A stretch of 64,000 bases of DNA from assembly GCA_001603595.1 (NCBI GenBank), contig LUZK01000050.1:22115-86114 (forward strand), given 5' to 3'. A program made the position numbers and the translations under genes. Source of the DNA: Bacteroidales bacterium Bact_19 (GTDB taxonomy: Bacteria; Bacteroidota; Bacteroidia; Bacteroidales; ML635J-15). Below the pieces are notes generated by a model that was not told the origin of the DNA, made no database searches, and saw only the letters and a list, made by a program, of their open reading frames with translations. Of the stretch, positions 38,863 to 45,560 are shown in pieces (position 1 is the first letter of the stretch; each line of letters opens with the position of its first letter).

Positions 38863-39606
38863 TTATTTATGATGCAAAATGATAAACATTATGGCAATAC
38901 CTAATAAAATAAAAATTAATTGAAGCACTGAATTTTTTAACCCAGTTTTTTTATGCATTTCAGGAGTAAGGTCTGCTAACGAGACATAGATAAATCCAGC
39001 AGCCGAAAAGGCCAATATGTATGGTAAAAGTACTTTAGTATTGGCAAAAACAAAATATGTTATAATACCCCCAATGATGCTCATACTTGCCGCCAATAAA
39101 CTTAGGAAGAATGTTTTTGATTTTGAATAGAAGTGGTTTAATAAAACACCAAATTCTCCGAATTTTTTGGGTACTTCATGCGAAAAAACTGAAATAGCCA
39201 TAAACCATCCGAGTTCTGTAGAAGTTAAAAAGGCGGTTCCAATTAAAACTCCATCAATGATATTATGAAAACCTCCTCCTATCAATATCAATGGGGCAGT
39301 TGCTTCAGAGTGTCTTTCGCAATCTTTGTTTCCACACATTCGCCAAAGCACAATTTTTTCGAGCAAGAAGAAAAACAACAATCCAATTAAAACTGTTTGC
39401 AAAACAGGAACAGGTGTTAATTTATTCATTGCTTTTGGTAATATTCCTAAAAACGCGGCACCTAATAAAACACCACCGGCTAAGTAAGATAAATAGAGAG
39501 CAATTTTATCAATGTTTTTGGTTTTTAAGAAAAATAAACTGGTAGCTATAAATACACTCCCCATGTTTGCTATGATTGCTGCTGCGATAATAAAAACTAG
39601 TTCCAT
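38863..39606 (-). CDS. ZIP-family divalent metal transporter
   Basis: 247 aa, polytopic. Signatures HNIIDGVLIG and HEVPKKFGEFGVL. Cys/His loop CGNKDCERHSE. Confidence 0.8.
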   Translation of the reverse strand: MELVFIIAAAIIANMGSVFIATSLFFLKTKNIDKIALYLSYLAGGVLLGAAFLGILPKAMNKLTPVPVLQTVLIGLLFFFLLEKIVLWRMCGNKDCERHSEATAPLILIGGGFHNIIDGVLIGTAFLTSTELGWFMAISVFSHEVPKKFGEFGVLLNHFYSKSKTFFLSLLAASMSIIGGIITYFVFANTKVLLPYILAFSAAGFIYVSLADLTPEMHKKTGLKNSVLQLIFILLGIAIMFIILHHK

Positions 39607-39609
39607 AAT

Positions 39610-40461
39610 TTATAAATTTTTGTTATACACAACAAAACTGTTCTTTTCAAGATTAAGTTTTTCGGCAATGAAATCGCATTTTACCATCAGCAAGAAAAAA
39701 ATCCGATCATCGTTTTCATTCATCAATCCCTCATAATTCCCCTGTCCCTTTGAAATAATTAAATCAGCCGAATTGTAAACCTCAAGAAAGTTTTTGCTGC
39801 ATTTATTTAAAACTGTTGAAGGAGCATCGTATCCGTTTGAAATTATCTCTGCAACTAACTCCATTCCAACTTCTTTAGCATCTGTGGTTGTTACATCGTT
39901 CAATACTGGTGCTCCTTTAACAGCATAAAAAACTTTGCGAGGTAACATTGTTTTAATTAAAAGCTTGTCAAAAACTATTTCTCCTGCAATGTCGCCTAAA
40001 TACAAAATCCTTTCGGCTCTTTTTATTTTGTTCTGAAGAAGTTCTGAATGGTCAATAGCAAACGATGCAGTTAAAACAGCTTGGATCGTTTCTTCTATAT
40101 TGAAGTTATTATTTGCCCCATAATCAATAATATTTCCGGCAATGGAAAGTCGAAGTGCTAAATCAAAGGGATTTGCCGATGAAAAGATTATTGGTTTCCA
40201 TTTGCTGTATATATCTAATGCTATACTATTACTCTTTCTCTTTTCTTCTTTATAAAGATCAGATACATTAATAATTTTACAGAAACCATTATTCAGCTCC
40301 CTTTGTATCTCGGGACTTGACAGATGCTTTTTCTTATTGATTACCTCTTGATAAAAAGACATGAACTGCTGACGGTGATTTATACCAACGTTAAACTTTT
40401 CAAACAAGCGTTTATAAGAGTTAAGGAAACAACTTTTACAACGCTCATCTGTTTCATTCAT
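39610..40461 (-). CDS. DUF89 / ARMT1-type damage-control phosphatase family protein
   Basis: The track ORF starts at 40524 and would overlap the NifX-like gene by 59 nt. The ATG at 40461 (MNETDERCKSCF...) begins 4 nt after that gene's stop. GDIAGEIVFD and ISKGQGNYE motifs fit DUF89. Confidence 0.7.
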   Translation of the reverse strand: MNETDERCKSCFLNSYKRLFEKFNVGINHRQQFMSFYQEVINKKKHLSSPEIQRELNNGFCKIINVSDLYKEEKRKSNSIALDIYSKWKPIIFSSANPFDLALRLSIAGNIIDYGANNNFNIEETIQAVLTASFAIDHSELLQNKIKRAERILYLGDIAGEIVFDKLLIKTMLPRKVFYAVKGAPVLNDVTTTDAKEVGMELVAEIISNGYDAPSTVLNKCSKNFLEVYNSADLIISKGQGNYEGLMNENDDRIFFLLMVKCDFIAEKLNLEKNSFVVYNKNL

Positions 40462-40465
40462 CCGC

Positions 40466-40837
40466 TTAATGTTGGCAATTCCCGTGTTCATGGGTTCCAT
40501 CGTGATTGCAATAGTTAGCCTCAAGACTTAACTTGTTGGCTAAAAAATCGGTAACAAGCTCTTTTGCAGTTTTTACGGGTGCTCCAACAAAAGCATTAAT
40601 GTTTTGTTTATTGAACAGCATAATTGCTTGTTGTCCCATACCACCAGCAATAACATCGGTTACGCCAAATTGAGCAATCCATCTAGGATATAAACCGGGG
40701 ACATGTTCCGGTGGTATTACTTCTTTGATATCAGTTATTACATTATTTTCAACATTTACTATAGCGAACGTTTGACAATGCCCAAAATGAGCACATAATA
40801 CTCCGTTTTCTAACGGAATGGCAATAATTTTTTTCAT
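40466..40837 (-). CDS. NifX/NifB-C-terminal-like (dinitrogenase FeMo-cofactor-binding fold) protein with His/Cys-rich tail
   Basis: 123 aa. MKKIIAIPLENGVLCAHFGHCQTFAIV...VIAGGMGQQAI matches the NifX/NifB/Y fold family pattern. The C-terminal tail is NYCNHDGTHEHGNCQH. Confidence 0.75.
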   Translation of the reverse strand: MKKIIAIPLENGVLCAHFGHCQTFAIVNVENNVITDIKEVIPPEHVPGLYPRWIAQFGVTDVIAGGMGQQAIMLFNKQNINAFVGAPVKTAKELVTDFLANKLSLEANYCNHDGTHEHGNCQH

Positions 40838-40841
40838 ACTG

Positions 40842-41552
40842 TTATTTTTTCAAAAGTTTTTTAAAAATAGTTTCTTTATCAATCTTTTTGGTACAGAAGA
40901 ACCAATCGTAACATTTTATATTCTCGTCTTTGCTTTCCATTCTCTCTTTTGCAATACCACAAGAACCAGCAGTAGGAACAATAACATCATCTCCGGGTTG
41001 CCAATCTGCTGGTGTTGCTACGTTAAATTTATCTGCTGCTTGCAATGCTATGATTATACGATACAATTCTTCAAAATTACGACCTAAACTTGATGGATAA
41101 TATATAATAGCTCTAATAATTCCTTTGGGGTCAATTACAAACACCGCACGAACAGCTTTAGTGTTGCTCTCTCCGGGCATTATCATTCCGTATTTTTGAG
41201 CCACTTCCATGGTTATATCTTCAATCAAGGGAAATGTTACTTCAACATTTTTCATTCCTTTGTACTCAATCTTTTCTTTGATGGTTCTTAGCCATGCAAT
41301 ATGACTGTATAGTCCATCAACAGATAGACCTACTAGTTTACAATTTGCTTCATTGAATTTTGCTTCCATTGTGGCAAAAGTCATAAACTCCGAAGTGCAA
41401 ACTGGTGTAAAATCAGCAGGATGACTAAAAAGGATAACCCAACTTCCTTTGTAATCTGAAGGAAAATTAATTTCTCCTTGTGTTGTTACTGCTTTAAATT
41501 CTGGAGCCATTTCACCTATGCGAGGCATTGAAAATTTTTCTTGATTTTCCAT
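40842..41552 (-). CDS. Peroxiredoxin (Prx6/1-Cys-like subfamily)
   Basis: 236 aa. Peroxidatic Cys in HPADFTPVCTSEF, and the typical WLRTI / FVIDP core. Confidence 0.9.
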   Translation of the reverse strand: MENQEKFSMPRIGEMAPEFKAVTTQGEINFPSDYKGSWVILFSHPADFTPVCTSEFMTFATMEAKFNEANCKLVGLSVDGLYSHIAWLRTIKEKIEYKGMKNVEVTFPLIEDITMEVAQKYGMIMPGESNTKAVRAVFVIDPKGIIRAIIYYPSSLGRNFEELYRIIIALQAADKFNVATPADWQPGDDVIVPTAGSCGIAKERMESKDENIKCYDWFFCTKKIDKETIFKKLLKK

Positions 41553-41587
41553 AATAAGAATTTTTAATGATTAAACTGTTTTCTGAA

Positions 41588-41623
41588 AATAACGAGAGGA
41601 ATTTTTATTAACCTCTCGTTATT
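41588..41623 (-). terminator. Rho-independent terminator after the DUF5320 gene
   Basis: Perfect 12-bp stem, aataacgagagg (41588-41599) pairing with cctctcgttatt (41612-41623), with a 12-nt loop. On the minus strand the 3' arm runs into TTATTTT. Lies 8 nt past the stop at 41631. Confidence 0.65.
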
Positions 41624-41630
41624 ATTATTA

Positions 41631-41879
41631 TTATTGTCCGCTTCTGAAACGATTTTGTCGTCCCATTCCCATTCCTCTTCCTCTTTTGCCTCTACCAAGA
41701 CCCAAACCTCTTCCAAAACCAAATCCCTGAATATTCTCAGAATCGTTTTTGCTTGGATCTTCATAGGCAATTGTAGCAGATTGATTTTTAAGATTTGCAC
41801 CGAAATTGGTACAACGTCCCATCCTTCGGCCTGTCATAGGACCTTGTCCGTTAGGGCCTGTTTGATTAAAACCTGGCAT
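41631..41879 (-). CDS. DUF5320-family small Gly/Arg-rich protein
   Basis: 82 aa. MPGFNQTGPNGQGPMTGRRMGRC resembles the conserved DUF5320 N-terminus (…GDGTGP.G.GP.TGRG.G.C). Gly/Arg-rich tail. Preceded by a strong AGGAGG ribosome-binding site. Confidence 0.6.
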   Translation of the reverse strand: MPGFNQTGPNGQGPMTGRRMGRCTNFGANLKNQSATIAYEDPSKNDSENIQGFGFGRGLGLGRGKRGRGMGMGRQNRFRSGQ

Positions 41880-41884
41880 AATGA

Positions 41885-41890
41885 CCTCCT
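41885..41890 (-). promoter_or_regulatory. Canonical Shine-Dalgarno (AGGAGG) 5 nt upstream of the DUF5320 start codon
   Basis: The minus strand reads aaaaAGGAGGtcattATG. No comparable SD was seen upstream of the other genes I inspected in this window. Confidence 0.5.
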
Positions 41891-42075
41891 TTTTAAATTG
41901 TTAATATTATTGTTTCCCGTTTTTTATCGTTCTCCTTTTTTTTTTGACACATCTGGCATTAATTCTTTTAACTATTACTTTACACAGTTTTGTAATTTTT
42001 TAATAAACTGTTGCATTGCTGCAATTTACTAATTTACGACCAGAATTAGTGCCAAGTCCTTCAGGACTTCTACCA

Positions 42076-42417
42076 TCAAGCTTTGGAATTGTTTAAATTT
42101 AAATGGTTCAACATTTCTATAATTTCTCGAATTTTCTTTTCAGGTTCTTTTAGAACAATCATTTGAATTTTTAAGCTATCTAACAACGATTTTATTTTCA
42201 TTCCGAATTCACCAGATACAATTTTACTAACATTGCGAGAAGCAACTAACTGCACTGATGCAGGACCGGCTCCTTCTTCTGCATCTTTATTCGGATTGGG
42301 AATAAATTCAATGGCTTTGCTTTCTATGTCGTAAATCACAAAGTAAGCACAACGACCAAAACGTTGATCGATTGTTGATTCTAATGAATCCCCTGTTGAT
42401 GTAATGGCAACTTTCAT
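42076..42417 (-). CDS. NifX/NifB-C-terminal-like (FeMo-cofactor-binding fold) protein
   Basis: 113 aa. MKVAITSTGDSLESTIDQRFGRCAYFVIYD...VSGEFGMKI fits the same family. Starts 1 nt after the DUF134 gene stop. Confidence 0.75.
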   Translation of the reverse strand: MKVAITSTGDSLESTIDQRFGRCAYFVIYDIESKAIEFIPNPNKDAEEGAGPASVQLVASRNVSKIVSGEFGMKIKSLLDSLKIQMIVLKEPEKKIREIIEMLNHLNLNNSKA

Positions 42418-42418
42418 A

Positions 42419-43012
42419 TTATTGATTTTTAAAATTTCTGCAATTTTTACTTCCTTTTCTTTTCATAAAACTATTACATTTTTGACAAATTTGTGTGCTA
42501 CACGGCTGTCCGAATTGATGTTCTTGTTCAAACCCGCATTCAGGGCATATACACATATCATAACATGCCTTATTAATAGTGTCTGTTTTGTTGTTCTCAT
42601 AATCAAATTTATCAATCTGTTGATTTCCACAAAGTGGACAATTAATAACAGAATTTTCTTTTTCAGGATTATTGAAGTAACAGCCACATTTTTTACAATG
42701 GTACCAGTCGCTGTCGAAATAAACTTTACCTCCTTCAATAGAAATTTGTCTCCCTTCAACAAAAGCCTTAGCAATTTTTTGAAGAGCAGATGCATATATT
42801 CTTGTAAAGGTTGGTCTGGAAACTCCCATCATAACAGATGCCTGATAATGATTAAGCATGTCATAGTCGCTTAGACGTATAGCTTCATATTCCTCATAAA
42901 ATAAATTAATCGGCTCCAATTTTTGATTTCCTAATTCTAAACCATAAGGATTAAAACCCTTAACAACTGGTGGATCTGAAACTTTTCTTATTATTTTTAT
43001 TCTTGGAGTCAT
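42419..43012 (-). CDS. DUF134 (UPF0251) predicted DNA-binding protein with C-terminal double zinc-ribbon extension
   Basis: The track ORF starts at a TTG (43027); the ATG at 43012 gives MTPRIKIIRKV... The DUF134 core is F.PYG....EPINLFYEEYEAIRLSDYDMLNHYQASVMMGVSRPTFTRIYASALQKIAKAFVEGRQISIEGG. The extension has four CxxC pairs (CKKCGC...CPLCG; CICPEC...CQKC). Confidence 0.8.
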   Translation of the reverse strand: MTPRIKIIRKVSDPPVVKGFNPYGLELGNQKLEPINLFYEEYEAIRLSDYDMLNHYQASVMMGVSRPTFTRIYASALQKIAKAFVEGRQISIEGGKVYFDSDWYHCKKCGCYFNNPEKENSVINCPLCGNQQIDKFDYENNKTDTINKACYDMCICPECGFEQEHQFGQPCSTQICQKCNSFMKRKGSKNCRNFKNQ

Positions 43013-43022
43013 ATTACAAATA

Positions 43023-43058
43023 AACAATAGTTCGATACAAAGATAATGAACTATTGTT
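43023..43058. promoter_or_regulatory. Operator-like 11-bp perfect inverted repeat bracketing the putative -7 promoter box of the DUF134 gene
   Basis: aacaatagttc (43023-43033) and gaactattgtt (43048-43058) are exact reverse complements with a 14-nt spacer. On the minus strand the spacer contains TATCTTTG (43038-43045), which matches TAnnTTTG, 26 nt upstream of the ATG. Confidence 0.45.
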
Positions 43059-43435
43059 CATAAAACAAATTATTTTAAGTGTCTTATTAAAAAATTATAT
43101 AAAATATTTAATTTTGAATATTATGGTCTTATTTAATTTGGTGAAATTTAAATTAATTCAAAAATGAGAAATTAATGAAGATGATAAATTTATTAAATAA
43201 ATAATTTAGCTCATTTATGTGCAAATGTATTTTCATGATGTGTAATTAATTTTTTAGTATTAAAGAGTTATTATGGTCATTAGATATTGAGTAGGTTATA
43301 AAATTTAGTATTTACTTTTTTCCTAACTTTTATCTCTAATATATTCAAAATAGATGAATAAAATAAGCGGACATCAAAATTTTACTGGATTTTAGATTTA
43401 CATTAAGAATGATTTTTTATAAATAGTTTATTTAT

Positions 43436-44221
43436 TTATTTTTTATCTTTTTTATTTGGGACGTTTAAGTCTTCGATAATAGGATTTTCGTTTTCGGGTA
43501 CAGGTAAATATTTTAAGTAGATTTTCGACATAGAATTAAAAATCGAATTTTTGGCAAATTTGAATCTATTTTCAATTTCTTTTATTATTTCACCGGCCTG
43601 ATTTCTTTTTGTTTTATCATCAAAAGGACAAGTTTCAATTTCTGCGGGAATATTCATAGCTGATGCAAACTTTTTTATTTCATCATTTTTTAAGAGAATC
43701 AAAGGTCGAATTAATTGAATTTTTCCATCGAACATATCAAGTTTTGCTGGCATGGAACTTATACTGTTATGGTAACACATATTAATAATAAGTGTTTCTA
43801 TGGCATCATCGAGATGGTGTCCAAGTGCTAATTTATTACAATTAAAAGAGTGAGCTGTTTCGAAAAGTTTCTTTCTCCTATGCCATGAGCAGACAAAACA
43901 ATACGATTTGTTTTTACGTTCGGAGAAATCAACATCAATTTTCTCGAAGATAAATTTAATATTATTTTCGTAACAAAAATTTTCAAGATAAGTTTTGTCT
44001 ATTTTGTATGGAACGCTTGTTATTTCGATATGTGCAGCAAAAATTTCAAAATTTGTTTTTTCGTATTTTTTTAATCTTGCTAATCCGTGTAGCAAACTAA
44101 CGGAATCTTTTCCTCCTGAAACGCCAATCAAAATTCTGTCGCCTTCCGAAATTAAATTAAAATTTTGAATTGCCTTTGCTAATTTTGAATAAAACTTGCG
44201 TATTTCTGTTTTTTCTTTCAT
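43436..44221 (-). CDS. TtcA-family PP-loop ATPase (tRNA 2-thiocytidine synthetase-like)
   Basis: 261 aa. PP-loop GVSGGKDS. Cys motifs CFVCSWHRR and CPF. ALGHHLDD. Overlaps the upstream lipoprotein gene by 4 nt. Confidence 0.75.
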   Translation of the reverse strand: MKEKTEIRKFYSKLAKAIQNFNLISEGDRILIGVSGGKDSVSLLHGLARLKKYEKTNFEIFAAHIEITSVPYKIDKTYLENFCYENNIKFIFEKIDVDFSERKNKSYCFVCSWHRRKKLFETAHSFNCNKLALGHHLDDAIETLIINMCYHNSISSMPAKLDMFDGKIQLIRPLILLKNDEIKKFASAMNIPAEIETCPFDDKTKRNQAGEIIKEIENRFKFAKNSIFNSMSKIYLKYLPVPENENPIIEDLNVPNKKDKK

Positions 44222-45558
44222 TTAATAAAACCTTTTTGATAGAGATATGACCATCCTTCAGTCCAATTAACATTTTTAAATGCTCCTGCATAATCTGTGG
44301 GGATAAACCAACTTTTTTGTTCGTTAAGCAAGGGCATTGAAACATCGCTTTCGGGTATTATATATATTCCATTGTTTTCTATTCTTATTCCTGGATTTTT
44401 AATGAGATTCCCGGCTTGATGGAAATATGAATTTAATTGTTCTTGTTTTTCTTGTGGAATTGCTTGGGTGTTACTTATCAATTTAAGAAGGGGATAATCA
44501 TCGCTGTAACCGATATAATAAAAAATGTTGTTTTCGATTTTGAGTGTACCGTTGAGGAATTTTGAAAATGCATCATGGTTTGTGTTTTCATACTGAATAT
44601 TAACTCCCCAGGCTTGATTTATGAATAAAGAATTTTTATAAATTCCACCGCTACCGTTACGGAAGAGAATAGTTCCTCTGTTTCCTGTTATTCCTCTGCC
44701 AATAACAGTTGCATTTGCAATAGTTGGTTTTGTGCAATTAATATATTCATTATATCCGCCGTCATGTTCAATTAGGAAATCGCCTGCAGAATTAGTTTGG
44801 ATGGCTAATAAAAATTGACAATTTCCTATATATCCATCATCGAAATCGAAAGCATCGTCTTCGCAGAAAGCAGAAATAAGATATCGGCAGTTAACTGTTC
44901 CACCAAAAAATTCAAAACCGTCATCACTGTTGGATATGACTTCAACAAATTCAATAGTTGTTCCGCGACCTACTCCCCCGAGAGTTAGTCCGTTTATCTC
45001 ATTTCCTGGAGTTAGTAATGAACCTGCATGACGAATCGACACATATTTTAAAATACCACTATCATCGTCAGGGTTATTTCCTCCATATTCAGTACGTTCG
45101 TCATAGATAGGAACTCCTTCAATTCTTGAGATAGTACTATAAGCATTTATGGGAGCATTTCCCAGAATTATGATACCTCCCCACAATCCTGAGACTTGTA
45201 AAGGAATGTTTCCATTGAGATCATCACTTTCGGCAGTGAAGATTATCGGTTTAGATTCAGTACCTTCAGCAATAATTTTACCACCACGACAAACTATCAG
45301 AGCAGACGTATTTTCGCCGGTTCCTGTTTTAAATCTTATAATAGCTCCCGGTTCAATTGTTAAAACTTGTCCTTCATTAACAAAAACGAAACCATCCACA
45401 AGGTACCTTTTTCCTTCTTTTAGTGTAAGGGTTCCAATACCACCGCCTTCATCTTTAAGGATAATTGTTTCTTCAGTTACATATTCACTTTTCCTGCAGG
45501 ATGAAAAAACTAATATTATTAAACCTGCTAAAACTAATATTATACTATTTTTATTCAT
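44218..45558 (-). CDS. Lipoprotein with predicted parallel beta-helix-like repeats, function unknown
   Basis: 446 aa with a lipobox (LVFSSC). Gly/Asn/Ile-rich repeated segments (GGIIILGNAPIN, LTLGGVGRGTTIEFVEV, DDGFEFFGGTVN, DDAFDFDDGYIGN). Confidence 0.5.
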   Translation of the reverse strand: MNKNSIILVLAGLIILVFSSCRKSEYVTEETIILKDEGGGIGTLTLKEGKRYLVDGFVFVNEGQVLTIEPGAIIRFKTGTGENTSALIVCRGGKIIAEGTESKPIIFTAESDDLNGNIPLQVSGLWGGIIILGNAPINAYSTISRIEGVPIYDERTEYGGNNPDDDSGILKYVSIRHAGSLLTPGNEINGLTLGGVGRGTTIEFVEVISNSDDGFEFFGGTVNCRYLISAFCEDDAFDFDDGYIGNCQFLLAIQTNSAGDFLIEHDGGYNEYINCTKPTIANATVIGRGITGNRGTILFRNGSGGIYKNSLFINQAWGVNIQYENTNHDAFSKFLNGTLKIENNIFYYIGYSDDYPLLKLISNTQAIPQEKQEQLNSYFHQAGNLIKNPGIRIENNGIYIIPESDVSMPLLNEQKSWFIPTDYAGAFKNVNWTEGWSYLYQKGFIK

Positions 45559-45560
45559 AA

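Noticed and set aside
39610-40524. Long 59-nt overlap between the DUF89 ORF as given in the track and the upstream NifX-like gene
   Set aside because: An internal ATG at 40461 lies 4 nt past the NifX-like stop and precedes the conserved Cys-containing DUF89 N-terminus. The longer form is probably an ORF-caller extension, not programmed overlap.
41564-42032. Alternative ORFs overlapping the DUF5320 gene (41564..41800 on the minus strand, 41634..42032 on the plus strand)
   Set aside because: The 41631..41879 frame has the conserved DUF5320-like N-terminus, a strong SD plus ATG, and is followed by a terminator. The competing frames give poly-E, poly-N or poly-S low-complexity products.
35233-42417. 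Reading the NifX-like and CobO-like genes as evidence for a nitrogen-fixation or cobalamin-biosynthesis locus
   Set aside because: The window has no nifH/D/K/E/N/B radical-SAM genes and no cbi/cob pathway genes. The NifX fold and CobA-type ATPases occur widely outside those pathways. They are retained only as family-level calls.
42404-42874. 156-aa plus-strand ORF and 110-aa minus-strand ORF (42463..42795) overlapping the DUF134 gene
   Set aside because: The DUF134 frame shows a full-length family match and the Zn-ribbon motifs. The other frames show no motifs.
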